Assembly: GCA_951406725.2 (NCBI GenBank)
Contig: OX597816.1
Coordinates: forward strand, 106,020,001 to 106,084,000
Source: Octopus vulgaris
Lineage: Eukaryota
Direction: 5' to 3'
Length of the DNA: 64,000 bases
Below the pieces are notes generated by a model. That model did no database searches and was not told the DNA's origin. It saw nothing but the letters and a program-made list of their open reading frames with translations. A program made the position numbers and the translations under genes. The first letter of the stretch is position 1. Each line of letters opens with the position of its first letter. Below are positions 14,668 through 28,649 of the stretch, in pieces.

Positions 14668-14685
14668 GTATGTATATATATATGT

Positions 14686-15497
14686 ATCATCATCATCATC
14701 ATCATCATTTAACGTCCGCTTTCCATGCTAGCATGGGTTGGACGGTTCAACTGGGGTCTGGGGAACCCGAAAGCTGCACCAGTCCAGTCAGATCTGGCAG
14801 TGTTTCTGGATGCCCTTCCTAACGCCAACCACTCCGAGAGTGTAGTGGGTGATTTTATGTGCCACCGACACAGGTGCCAGACGAGGCTGGCAAACGGCCA
14901 CGCTCGGATGGTGTTTTTTATGTGCCACCGACACAGGTGCCAGACGAGGCTGGCAGACGGCCACGCTCGGATGGTGTTTTTATGTGCCACCGACACAGGT
15001 GCCAGATGAGGCTGGCAAATGGCCACGATCGGATGGTGCTTGTTACGTGCCCACAGCATGGAGGCCAGTCGATGCGGTACTGGCTACGGCCACGTTCGGA
15101 TGGTTTTCTTGTGTGCCACGTGCCACCGGCACTGGTACCACAAAGATACAAATTCCATTGATGTTCATCTATTTTGATTTGTTTTGATTTTCACTTGCCT
15201 CAACAGGTCTTCACAAGTGTCACAAGAAGGAAGGTATGCACAGGTGGACTGACTACGTCCCAGGTAGGGGCCATGGTTTATGGCCTGACTAGTCTTGCCG
15301 GGTTTTCGGATGGTGTTTTTATGTGCCACTGACACAGGTGCTAGATGAGGCTGGGGAACGGCCACGATCGGATGGTGTTTGTCATGTGCCCACCGCACTG
15401 ACTACAGCACTGATGGATTTCTTGTGTGCCACAGGCACTGGTACCACAAGATACAAATTCCATTGATGTTCATCTATTTTGTCTATTTTGATTTGAT
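14686..15497 (-). mobile_element. RTE LINE 3' end with tandem ~62-bp subrepeats and (GAT)n tail
   Basis: Tail AACCCATGCTAGCATGGAAAGCGGACGTTAAATGATGATG; repeated TGTGCCACCGACACAGGTGCCAGA..GGCCACG.TCGGATGG units; homologous to the 3' UTR of the 9.6-11.8 kb RTE. Confidence 0.8.
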
Positions 15498-15525
15498 TAT
15501 GTATATATATATGTATAAGTATATA

Positions 15526-15584
<59 letters not shown>

Positions 15585-15621
15585 GCATAAGTACATGTAT
15601 ATATGTATATCTGTGCATATA

Positions 15622-17138
15622 CAGCCTTGGCCAAAAGTATTAGGCCACCCCAATGTTTTGGAGTTCTGCTATCTCAATGTTAATGAAACTCGTGCACATT
15701 GTAGATTATGGTATATTTCTCAATATACATTAGTTTTAATATCTGTTTGACCCTTCTTAAGCATCAATTACCACTTTTGTATTGTACTGTACATATGTAA
15801 CCAATTATGAGTAAGACCAACATCCAAAATTAACTTATGTTTCCTTGATTATTTTATGCTAAAATACGTTGTAGATACAGTTAATAAACAGTTAAATGCC
15901 TAAAACAAGGGAGTTGAGTGAGAGTGGGTGAGGTCAAATCGTAGTTCATCATGAAGATGGAATGTTTCAAAGGCAAATTGTTCAGAAGATGATATATTCT
16001 CGATATGCAGTGCAAACGATTCTCAAGTGCTTCAGAGAGACAATAGATGTGAAGACTATATAAAGAACAAGTAAAAAAACGGTTACATCACCTCATGATG
16101 ACGGATTCATCATCCATCAGCCACTCAGAAACAGGAGAAAAACATCGCGGACTTCAACAAGGCAAGTACTTCACAAATATCAACCAGAACTGTTAGAAGA
16201 AGGCTTGTAGAGTACAGTCTGAAAGGCCGTAAAGCCAGGAAGAGGCCATGGGTTTCTGAAGTGAATATGGAAAAACGTCCTCAGTGGGCCAAAATGCACT
16301 CAAATTGGACCAGTGAGCAATGGTCGAAAGTCATATGGTCTGACGAAAGTAACTATGAGGTAAGATAGTACATGTATTCAATCAACATATAAGCTTAATG
16401 TAACTGGTTTGTTACCCAAAATATATTAAAAAAGTATCCAACATAAAGCTAATATTATTTTTCATGTTTTTACCCAGATTTTCAGTACATCTGGTGCAAC
16501 TTTCATGCATCGCAGAGTTGGGGAATCATTTAAGGCTGAATGTCTGGTACCAACCATAAAACATGGGGGGTGGTTCTATCATGGTGTCGGCCTGCATGTC
16601 TGCCACAGGACCCAGAGAAATGTTTTTGTGTCAGGGAAGGATGAATTCAGCTACCTATGATTCTATGTTATCAGATATTTTAGAGCCATCAAGTGCTAAA
16701 TTGCATCCAGGAGTGTTGAAAAACTGTTATCTTTCAACAGGACAATGCCCCATGTCATACAGCAAAGAATACTCATCAATGGTTTTAGACATGGTATTGT
16801 TCCCATGGACTGACCAGCTCAAAGCCCCGATCTAAATCCAATCAAACACCTATGGGGGAACTCTTGGTGAAGCTATCAGGAACACAACAATTAAAAATAA
16901 AGAGCATTTGCACCAAATATTGAGAGAAGAATGGAGTACAATTGCACTCAGCAACTGCAAGAAAATAGCTGATTCTATGCCTAAAAGTGGTAACTGATGC
17001 TAACGAAGGGTCAACCAGATATTACAACTAATGTATATTGTGAAATATACCATAATCTATAATGTGCATGAGTTTCATTTAGATTGTGATAGCAGAATCC
17101 CAAAACATTGGGGTGGCCTAATACTTTTGGTGAAGCTG
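15622..17138 (+). mobile_element. Full-length decayed Tc1-family DNA transposon, ~115-bp TIRs, TA target-site duplication, intron-containing transposase
   Basis: TA-CAGCCTTGGCCAAAAGTATTAGGCCACCCCAATG ... CATTGGGGTGGCCTAATACTTTTGGTGAAGCTG-TA. Transposase MPKTRELS...VIWSDESNYE|IFSTSG...TIKHGGGSIMV...FQQDNAPCH...SPDLNPI with stops and frameshifts. Confidence 0.95.
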
Positions 17139-17147
17139 TATATATGT

Positions 17148-17515
17148 ATCATCATCATCATCATCAAATAGTGTCTGCTTTCCATGCTAGCATCGGTTGA
17201 ACGATTTGACTGAGGGCTGGCAAACCAGATGGCTGCACCAGGCTTCAATCTTGATCTGGCAGAGTTTCTACAGCTGGATACCCTTCCTAACGCCAACCAC
17301 TCCGAGAGTGTAGTGGGTGCTTATACATGCCACTGGCACAGGGCCAGTCAGGCAGTATGGGCAACGACCTCACTCGAATCTTTTACTCATACCACTGGCT
17401 CAGGTGCCAGTAAGGCGATGCTGGTAATGATCATGCTCGAATGGTGTCTTTTACGTGCCACCGGCACAGAGGCCAGATAACTGCTCTGGCAATGATCACG
17501 CTCGGATGGTGCTCT
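17148..17515 (-). mobile_element. RTE-tail repeat
   Basis: Homologous to 14686-15497. Confidence 0.75.
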
Positions 17516-17542
17516 TGTATAAATGTATATATATGTATGCAT

Positions 17543-17626
<84 letters not shown>

Positions 17627-18486
17627 GTAGATACATGTATATATATATATATGTGTGTGTGTATTTATATATATATGTATGTATATATGTGGCACGTAAA
17701 AGCACCCACTATATATATATATATATATATATATAAATGCACATACATGTATACATGTGTATGCATATAAATGTATATATGTATAAGTGTGTATATATAT
17801 ATATATATGAATTTGAGGATTCACATGTACACACATATTTGAAGGAATAATATTCTTTAATAATCACAAAAAATATTCTTTTTGACCAATGCAATTAGCA
17901 GAGAGCTCAATAGAAGTAAAAATGAATCAGGTTTATGGTAATAATATATAAGTAGAATTAAAACAAAAGGCATTTGAAAATAAAATCAAGAATATGAAAA
18001 TTATATATTCTCTATCTTCCCTGGACGATCATATTTCTAGTAGTCAGTTGTTCATAGAAACAAGATACTTTCACCACTGAAGATTTATGTATGTTAGAAT
18101 ACATTATACATTTATTTCAATATGTAGATTGATTTTGTTTCCAAGTGTCTTTTAGATGGAACTGCACGCCAATGTCATGATATATCATTTAACGTCCATG
18201 TTCCATGCTGGTGTTGGTTAGATAGATAAATAAATAGATGCAGTTATAGATACACACACACACACATACACAGACATACCTGCATACAAATATGTAGATA
18301 TATTTATATATACACACACAAATACATACAAGTGTGTCATATATATATACACACACACACGCATATATATATATATATGCACATACGCACACTTACATAT
18401 GTGTATGTGTGTGTTTGGTATACTAGATATATACATACATATATATGCATACAAAAATATATACATGCATATATATACATATATAA

Positions 18487-18517
<31 letters not shown>

Positions 18518-18578
18518 CACATATATGTATATACATTTATATACATATACACATACACATATGTATATATATATATAT

Positions 18579-18627
<49 letters not shown>

Positions 18628-19591
18628 CATACATGTGTGTGTGTATGTATGCATATAATTAGCTTTTGAATGCTTACCGCATTAATTACATTAATACCAA
18701 ATTACTAAACTAACTATTGGTTTCCATGCAGATATTGTCTCTGAGTAATGTTAATGGTCTTCTGCAACTTTGCAACAGTGAAGTAAATTATACAACCTTA
18801 TGACCTTAGCTACATACCTGCAGCTCAGTAAACTGAGCTATTGTGACTTAATTGTCTTGACCTTAGATACATTATAATGTCACGGACTATATGTGTATTG
18901 CTGATGGCTAGATATAAACCTCTTTACTGTCAGTTAGTTAGTCGTCCATGGTTCCAGGTTTGATCTCCATTAAACAACACCTTGAGTAAGTGCCTTCCAC
19001 TCAATGATCAAATGCCTTGATCCTTGACTGCCTTTGATATAGTTCCCTCTGATTCTTGTATTCAGACTAGATCTTTGATCAAACAATAAATCATAATGGC
19101 TTTAGCCTCCCTTTTGCCTTCAAGTCCTTTAAAAATAAGTCATGGGTACAGCCCTTTCTACATGAATTATATAATAAAAATATTAAAATAAAAGAATTCT
19201 ATCAACTTGGTTTTCTGCACACTTAGAAGTAAATATAAAGGGGGAAAATAAGTATTCTTTTGATTAGGAATATCTCTGTATTAAAGTATCATTTAGCACT
19301 AAATAAGAGATCAAATCTTTTGAAACCAGTTTTGCTCTAAGAAGTTTGAGGAAGACATGAGGTCTTTTATAGGAATGAACTTAACATATGCAACATAAAC
19401 TTTAGAAAAGCTGTCTTGCTAACTATGAATCATGTGGGTACAGATGAAACTATATTGATTTTATCTCAACTTGGAAGAAAGACAGAAAAAATTAGCTTGA
19501 ACACAAAGCAAATACCTGATAGAATGTTCCCCGCCCTACATATATATATGCACACACATACATACACATATACATATATATATATATTTAT

Positions 19592-19654
<63 letters not shown>

Positions 19655-19764
19655 TAGATATTATATATATATATATATACATATAAATACAATAAACATA
19701 CATGTATATATATCTATATACACACACACATTTATCTACATATATATTATACATTCTTGTATAT

Positions 19765-19800
<36 letters not shown>

Positions 19801-19866
19801 CACATGTATGTTTATATTTATATGATATATATATATATATAATACACACGTATGTTTATATTTATA

Positions 19867-19913
<47 letters not shown>

Positions 19914-19916
<3 letters not shown>

Positions 19917-20769
19917 GGGGCGATGGGTAAATTGTCGCCATTTTATAGTTTTTTATTTTGCGCGTGCACATTGTTTGTTTTTGATTTTGTTGACTAGGCA
20001 GTTTAGTAGGGTCAGTTGGGCACCATCTGTGAGGAAAACAGCACCATGATGTAATTCACTCTGCCAGAAATTTAGATACAACATGATGTACTGCTCCAAT
20101 ATGAACATTTCAGAGTGTTGGGTGTCTACCTGAGTCCCCAAAACATGTACCAAGAATGATAAAAATGAAACATCCAGTCAAGATCATGGTATTTAGAGTG
20201 ATCACTAGTGATAGCGACATTATGCCTCCATTCATCTTCCCACACAGCCTCATACTCAACACAGAAGCCTACATCAAGTGCTTGGAGGAGGTAGTGCTGA
20301 CCTGGGTCAAGAGGGTGGCTGCTGGAAGACCCTATGTCTGACAACAGGACTCTACACCATACCACACAACCAGGAGAACTTAGTCATGGCTGTCAAACAA
20401 TTTCTGTGACCACATCACCCCTAACATCTGGCCACCTAAGTCCCCAAACTGCAATCCTCTTGAGTATTATGTGTAGGGTGCAGTTGAGAGAGACCAACAA
20501 AACTCCTTGTAACATCAAAAATGAACTGAAGGCATGGATTATAGCAGTATTCACCAACTTAAACAAAAAGACTGTCTAGAAGAATTGCAGGAGATTCTCA
20601 AGTCGTCTGAAGGCCATGGTTGAAGCTAACAATGATTAAATTAAATAAATTTATTCTTTAGTATTTCAAGATATTTTTATATAATTTTGGCAAATATATG
20701 TTAAAATGATATGTCAGTGTTATTTTCATTTTTACATAATTTAGACAACAATTCAATCACTGCACTCTG
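19914..20769 (+). mobile_element. Internally deleted Tc1/mariner element, maT/DD37D-like
   Basis: TA-CAGGGG...CTCTG-TA ends; KHPVKIMV...PPFIF...QQDSTPYHT...WPPKSPNCNPLEYYV. Confidence 0.8.
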
Positions 20770-21059
20770 TATATTATATGCACATGTATGTATATATAAT
20801 ATATATAATAGACATGTATGTATGTATGTATGTCATTATTCAATTTATTTCAAGATTTCTTGCCAATAGAGAAAGAACCGGTTTCTAACCTAGATCTAAG
20901 GCTCCTTCATTGGAATTTCAACATCAGCAACAGGGTATTTTTGTCTGTCTGTCTGTCTGTATGTATGTATGTATGTATGTATGTATGTATGTATCTATGT
21001 ATCTATGTACATATGTACGTATGTACGTATGTATGTATGTATGTATGTATGTATGTATG

Positions 21060-21500
21060 TATGCAGTGTGGTAAAAAGTTTGCTTCCGAGCCACATGTTT
21101 TTAGGTTCAGTTTCACTGCATGTCACTTTGGACAAGTGTCTTCTACTATAGCTCAGGACTGACCAACACCCTGTAAGTGGATTTGGCAAACAGAAACTGA
21201 AAGAAGCCTGTCATATGTGTGTACGTAAGTGTGAGTATGTATATGTTGGTGCCTCCTTGTTTTGACATCATGTGAGCATTGCATCATGCAAATGATGTCA
21301 TTTGTTTCAAGTCTTCCATAACAACTTGTTCAGCCATAGGAAAATATTTCTTTGCTTGGAAATGAGTGAAAGTTGGTGACAGGAAGGGCATCCAACCATA
21401 GAAAATCTGCCTCAATAAGCTGTCTATCCACTTTTCTATGCAAGCATAGAAATGTGGATATTAAAAGAAGAAGAAGAAGAAGACGACGACGACGATGACG
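21060..21500 (+). mobile_element. SINE with family-A head and RTE-type tail
   Basis: GGTTCAGTTTCACTGC...CTTGGAAATGAG...GGAAGGGCATCC...GGATATTAAA. Confidence 0.6.
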
Positions 21501-22711
21501 ATTGGAGGTCAAGCAAGGAAACTAACAAATTTATGGTAAAATAGAGCCTATAGGAGACAAATGTTTGAAAAGGATGAAAGAAAACCCAAAAAGATTACAT
21601 CAAGAAGCAAAGAGATAGCAAAGAAGGAATTCAAAACAGTGGGAGAAATAAAAAGTAGAAAACTTGATAATGTTCAACATTAAGAGCATATGAGTCTTGA
21701 ATTATTTGGAATTATGGAAATGTCAAGAACTTTGTAATTGGGACAAAAATGGTGTGTCTGAATCATACCTTTCTTCAATGTCAAACTAAACAAAGAGATG
21801 TGGAAGTTGCATGAAAAGTTGATGAACAAGGAAAATAAATAGGATACAGAAAGCCTACACCACATAGAATTTACAGTGGGCGTGGATGGTGGAGATGTGT
21901 ACGAAAATGATGAGACTATGAAAGCTGTAGAGCCTTCAGAGATAGGCTGCATAATTTTAGGATGGGTTGATGTCACATTGATTACTTATTTGACTGAAAT
22001 GATTATACAGAAAGGTAGTACTCATGATGACTGACAGAACTTTGTGTGAAATTATGACACACTGAAAAAAAATTAATGTAATGGAGTTGGTTGGAAGATG
22101 CATAACAAATCTTGTTGAGGAGAGAGAGCTTATAGTTTATAGTTTTAATTTGTAGAAAACTATGGGAAATCTAGGACAAATTAAAGAGTAAATGATAGGT
22201 TTAGCAGAGGAGATTTAATTATTCTGGTTAAAATTAACTATTTTTCCATTACTTGAAGTTTTGCACCAGGGAGTTTAACAAAGACATTTCCAAAAATTAG
22301 AAATATTTCATTATTGATATGCGATCTAACAAGTGCTTCTCTGGTGTGAAACCCCATGTAATTGTTAAAGTGATCAACTTCAAGAATAATAATTATATGT
22401 GTGTGGTGGGAGGAGGGGACTGAATAAGAGTCCAGAAAGAAATGAAGCTAGCAGGCTCTGTGGGATGTGCAATGTAAGTGTGCTTCAACAACAAAGTAGA
22501 AATGCATTCAGAGAAAAACTGCATTTAAGAGGAATCAAATGTAGTGTGCTGGTATGGACCTGTGAAGTATGGTGCTCAAGAACAATCATCCATCTCAACA
22601 AAACAGATTTAGTAAGAGCACAGTATGTGTCTGTATGTGTGTGTGTGTGTGTATATATATACACACACCCACACACACACAAACACACACACACATATAT
22701 ATATATATATA

Positions 22712-23602
22712 GGCACTGACTATGGGGTAATAAGTTTGCTTCCCAACTATATGGTTCTGGGTTCAGTCCCACTGTGTGGCACCTTGGGCAAGTGTCTTCT
22801 ACTACAGCCTCAAGCTAGCCAAAGCTTGGCAAGTGGATTTGGTAGACAGAAACTGAAAGAAGCCCATCATATAAATACATATTATATATATGTATGTGTG
22901 TGTGTGTATGTGTATATACGAGACCAAAGTGTACGTATGCCGCTATATGTTTTTATATATAAAAAAATACAAATTGGGACAAGAACGCAAAACATCCAGA
23001 CAGTTAGGTGATACAAAAAGAGACAACAAAGCATCCAGATAGACAATACAAAGAAAACAAGGACGGGTCATTTGGAGTTTTCTTTCCTCAATCGAGTTCC
23101 AGATTATCTTTGCAATTTCAGCTGATCATACTCGAGATTGCTCTAATCTGGCCAGCCCCAAGGAAAAACTAAGCTAAGAGCATTAGATTACTTGGAAGAA
23201 AGCAGCGAATGTATACAAAAACAAAGACGGAAAAAAACGGAGAATTTTACACAAATATAAATAACAGGACATAACAGAGGTGTCTTTCAACTAAGGACAA
23301 ATCAAATTAAGCTGGCATGTGTGGAAATAAAGCCTTACAGCAGAGATACAAGATTTCACATGCACATGAAGGAATATAGATGTTGCATGGATGAGTGTGT
23401 ATGTGTGTCCGTATTTGTCCCCCACCACTGATTGACAACTTTTGATGGCATGTTTACTTAGCAATTCAGCAAAAGAACCAATAGAATTAGTACCAGGCTT
23501 CAAAATAACTACTGGAGTCGATTAATTCGACTAAAATTCCTCAAGGCAGTGCCCCAGGATGGCTGCAGTCTAATGACTGAAACAAGTAAAAGAATAAAAG
23601 AA
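22712..23602 (+). mobile_element. SINE family A split by a ~420-bp insertion (22960-23380) in its internal microsatellite
   Basis: 5' half 22712-22870, 3' half 23400-23602, unrelated sequence between. Confidence 0.7.
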
Positions 23603-24061
23603 TACACACACATTCACAAAGACACACACATGTGTCAGGTCACTTGCGAGGTCTCTCATAAGTGTTACTGGTAACACAGAATCCAGTTAGGTTATTAGTA
23701 ACTAAACTAGTACCCCGACTAGGTTTGCCCGGTGAGGAAGGTTGCTAGAAATCCAACAGGACTAAAAACAAGACCTGTCAAAAGGATGGATGAACCTATT
23801 GTAGGTTCAACAACTATCAGAAATTCCAAGGTGGTGTCCATCATGCTTGGAAACCACTGCGAGTGAAGCACCCCTCAGCTTTTGTTAAAGTATGTTTCTA
23901 GAATCCGCTTTAAACCCAGACTACATCAATGTTCCCAATGTTTTTCTAATTCAGTATCCAAAATATTTTAGCTTTCTACCATTGATAAAGTCTAGTAAAA
24001 TTTTCTGTGTTTTTGTTTCTTATGAATATATTTTCTCATTAATATTTGTATCATATTTGCA

Positions 24062-24265
24062 TTAAGACAATGAGCTGGCAGAATGATTAGCACACCTGGT
24101 AAAATTCTTAGTGGCATTTTGTCAATCTTTACATTCTGTGTTCAAATTCCACTGAAGTCAACTTTGTCTTTCATCCTTTTCAAGTCGATAAAATAAGTAC
24201 CAGTTGAACACTGGGGTCATTGTAATCAAATTAGCCCTTGGCCTCGTGCTAAAATTTGAAACCAA
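24062..24265 (+). mobile_element. Meta-like SINE monomer, decayed
   Basis: GAGCTGGCAGAA...GTTCAAATTCC...TTTCATCCTTTT..GTCGATAAAATAAGTACCAG. Confidence 0.75.
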
Positions 24266-24580
24266 CAGTTGTATTTGCTTCGAAGTGCACGTCATGTACA
24301 AAATAAGTTTGGAAACTATTATTAGAGAATGAGTTTCTGTTCTAGACTATGTAAGTTTCAAATGAAACATGTGATGTTCATGTTGGAATAAAATTCTTAG
24401 TGATGCAAATAATACATTTTTAGCTTAATATAAGAGAGAGAGAGAGAGAGGTGGATTGAATAAGCCTCAATGGTGTAATTTTAGCACATATACTCTGAAA
24501 TAGATATTTGGTTGATTCCTCTCAGTAGGTTCACTATTACTTTTTACTCTTCAATTGTTATTCATAAATTTATGTGTATG

Positions 24581-24614
<34 letters not shown>

Positions 24615-24718
24615 CATACATTCATATATGTGTGTGAGTCAGAAAACATTTCAAGCACTGGCATAACAAATATATATGTATATATGTATATAAATGAGTA
24701 TGTGTGTGTGTATATGCG

Positions 24719-24788
<70 letters not shown>

Positions 24789-25015
24789 AAACATAAGTAC
24801 TAACTTAACTATTAAATTATGCATGCACATACATATGCATTCATACATACATACATACATACATACATACATACACACATACATACATACATGCATGCAT
24901 ACATACATACATACATACATACATACATACACACATACATACATACATACATGCATGCATGCATGCATACATACATACATACATACATACATACATACAT
25001 ACATACATACATACA

Positions 25016-25047
<32 letters not shown>

Positions 25048-25199
25048 GGGGATGTTGGTGTGGATAGCCATGCAGACGAAAGCACAATAAAGAAGTGTAT
25101 GCTGGAAAGACTGTTGCTGTATCATAGAGAGTTACTGAGATGTTTAATATACCTGACAAAGTAGTTCATGTGCTTGTGACTCACATAGTGAATCAGAAA

Positions 25200-25900
25200 T
25201 TTCAGGAATTTGTCATGTCCAATTACTTGTGTCAACAGTAGCATCAACAGACATAAGGGTAAATGAACTGTTATAGAAAGAAGCAACTACAGAGGTGTCA
25301 AGATGATGGACCAGATTATGAAAGTTATTGAAAGAGTTTTGGAACAAATAGTTTGGAAGGAAATTAGTCTCTGCAAGATAAAGTTCAGGTTTATACTAGG
25401 AGAGGGTATCACCAATGCCCTCTTCCTAGTGAGATAACTGCAGAAATACTTTGCTAAAAATAAACCTTTCTACCTAACTTTTGTCAATTTGAAGGAATCT
25501 TTTGACAGGATTCATTGCTCTGTTGGTTGGTGGTCACTAAGTATACTAGGGATTGACAAATGACTTGTACAAGTAATGTACAAAGGTACTATTGGCAAGG
25601 TAAAAGTTAACAAGGGGTTCAGTGAGGAATTTAGCTTGCAGGTTAGTGTACATCAGGCTTCATTTCTCATCGCACATCTGTTTATTATAGTTCTACAAAC
25701 CATAACAGAGAAGTTTAAGACATGTTGTTTGTGGAAACTCCTAGATACCAATGTCCTAACTTTCATAGCTGAATCTATCACAGAGAAAATTCAAAACTTG
25801 GGATCAAGAAGCCTGAAAGTAAACTTAGCAAAAATTGAAGTTTTGATTACCAAGGAAGAAAACAAAATCCTACCCTTTTGACTGCTATCTACTCCTTTTC
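25200..25900 (+). mobile_element. Decayed RTE RT fragment
   Basis: NYRGVKMMDQIMKV..., VHQAS..HLFIIVLQTITEKFKT; colinear with the 9.6-11.8 kb RTE. Confidence 0.75.
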
Positions 25901-26039
25901 TGCATACTCAGTGTAGCTATTCTGGCTGCTGTATAATAAAGAAATTCCAAAAGATCAATGTTCCAGAGAAAATTGACTGAATGGATTAGTTCCAGTTGGA
26001 AGGCAGTGGGCTAGGGGACAAATATTGATGAGAGATCAG

Positions 26040-26850
26040 GAGTGCTTGAGTGGAGACAACATGAGACCAGCCAGCTTTGAGGAGCAGAAGCTTCTGTTGA
26101 AGAGGTGAAAAGAGCAGAGAGAGGAGACATCACATCTGTGAGGAAGAGACTAGAATGTGTTGATGAATGAGTTTCTGCTAATCAGCTCAAAGGTCTTTCA
26201 ATGAATGTAGCTTTTCTGCAGATGTCCGTATGGGTAGCTTCAACATTGTACCTGATGTGGGTGCAGTACTCTATTGAAGTCTCATTTGAACTTTGTAGGA
26301 GTTGCTGTGAGCTGGATTATTTTCTAGCTTTGAAGAGGAATGCCAGTCTTTGTGATGAAGTCTTCATTATTTTAAGAGTATGCATTTACTAGAAGAAATC
26401 CTTAGTGATGGTGAAGCCAGGGATTTGCAACAAATTTATGAATTCTAGTTGCAATTCTAGATGCAATATGTTCTTGATTTTAGTAATTGTGTCTCTATGC
26501 TGTTGAAGAGGAAAATGCTGGCATTGCCCCAGTGGAAATGTTTTCAAGGTCTGAGTACATTGAGTCAGTACAGGATTGTCACAAAATGTCTTAGTTGCAT
26601 GGGAATGACGCCTTACTGCAGAATGTTAGTAAAGAATGATAGTTAGCATCATCGTGTAGGAGTGGACATAGTTGAATGTGATGGCATGTCATAAACATAT
26701 GAGTGAAAATGCATGGGAAACAAAACTGAACCCTGGGGCACAGGTACACCACAGTTAGTGAGAGAGTGCGCTATCAGCCCACACTATGACAATGTGATCT
26801 GACAGGAAGCCACCAAGCCACATACATAAACACCTCACTTCTTTGGCTTC
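26040..26850 (-). mobile_element. Decayed CR1/Jockey-like LINE RT fragment
   Basis: Minus strand VPQGSVL (GTGCCCCAGGGTTCAGTTTTG) and downstream IEYCTHI-like motif. Confidence 0.55.
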
Positions 26851-27553
26851 TTCTTCAGTCACTTCCACCTCTTTGGCGCTGATTACTTGACAGAATAAAC
26901 ATTTTCAGTTAGGCTTAACTTTCTGTTTCCATTTCTAACGATCTGCATACACAAATATTCAGATTTCTTGCTCCTGGATTCAACTTTCTCCCCTTTTCCC
27001 CTTCTTTCTACATACTCTATTGGTGTATGTATAAAATTGTGTTTTTATTTGCCCACACACATTCACACTGCACTCACACACACATACACACACACATGCA
27101 AGCATGAACTCACATGTACAAACACATGCACACACATACACATATACACAAGCACATACTTTAAATAATGTTGTTTGATTTACAAATACACAAATGAGAC
27201 AATACAAAAGCATATACATACACAAAAAACACAGTTTATATTATGTTTCAGGTATCTCATTCACAGATGCATGCAAGGCAAAACAAAAATTCACTTATAG
27301 TCTGGCTAGATATGCACTCATATTCTTTAATCAAAACACATATTTAACCAACACAAGTACACATATACAATAAACACAATTCACATTGTAAGTACACTCT
27401 ATCACAGCACAGCATATCACACACCTAACGTATATATTCATACACAGGTTCACACACTTTCACACAGCTTTGCCCATATGCATTTACAAAGCTCACAAAC
27501 ATGCACACAACACACACATATGCACATACATGTACACACATACACATACACAT

Positions 27554-27607
<54 letters not shown>

Positions 27608-28253
27608 ACACATATACAGTAATGCCACATAATTTGTACATTCGCACATCCTTACCAGCATGGGACATGAATATTAAATGATTATGATGATGGTGATGAT
27701 GATGAAAACACATCCATACATACAAATATGTCACAAAACACACACTCACCCACACCCAAACCCACCCACATACACACACACACACATACACACACACTGA
27801 TACATGTACCTACACACTTACCCACACCACCCTTTCTAACTTCACCTCATAAAACAACAATCTAACACTACTTTACCCCACCCACTGTCCTACAACTTTT
27901 CATCTCTCCCTGCTTCCTTCAAAAGGAAATTTCTCTCCTTCTCTCTCTCCCTCCTCCCTCTCCCTCCCTTCTTTCTCTCCCTCCCTCCTCTCTCTCTCAC
28001 CCTTTCTCTCTTCCTCCCTTTTCTCTCCCTTTCTTCTCTCTCTCTTCCCCTCATCCTTCCCATTCAGCACCTTTTCTTTTGAAGTACCAAGGATGTCTGA
28101 AACATCAAAAAAAGGAAACCCTGTTTTTCATTTATTCAAGAGTTAAACTCACACCTTGATCAGCATATTATGTTATTTCTGTATCACTTTTAACTGTTTT
28201 AATTGTTTTGTCTGTTTGACTTTTGCATTACATACATACAAACATACAAACAT

Positions 28254-28482
28254 GAGGCGCAATGGCCTAGTGGTTAGGGCAGCGGACTTGCGGTCGGAGG
28301 ATCGCGGTTTCGATTCCCAGACCGGCGTTGTGTGTGTTTATTGAGCGAAAAAAACACCTAAAAGCTCCACGAGGCTCCGGCAGGAGGTGGTGATCCCTGC
28401 TGTACTCTTTCACCACTCTAAAGGCGGTGCTCCAGCATGGCCGCAGTCAAATGACTGAAACAAGTACAAAAAAAAAAAAAAA
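28254..28482 (+). mobile_element. Young tRNA-derived SINE with a different head but the family-A tail
   Basis: A-box TGGCCTAGTGG, B-box GTTTCGATTCC, CpG-rich, tail GGCGGTGCTCCAGCATGGCCGCAGTCAAATGACTGAAACAAGT followed by A-run. Confidence 0.8.
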
Positions 28483-28543
28483 TGTATAACCCATGCTAGC
28501 ATGGAGAACGGACGTTAAACGATGATGATATATATATGTAAGC

Positions 28544-28596
<53 letters not shown>

Positions 28597-28649
28597 AGTA
28601 TGTATGTATATATATATATATATATATATATAAGTATGCATGTATGTAT

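Noticed and set aside
14855-15130. CRISPR-like array of ~62-bp units (also 63500-63790)
   Set aside because: No unique spacers, eukaryotic context, part of an RTE 3' UTR
28254-28330. tRNA gene
   Set aside because: Has A/B boxes but no clean acceptor stem, and continues into a SINE body and tail
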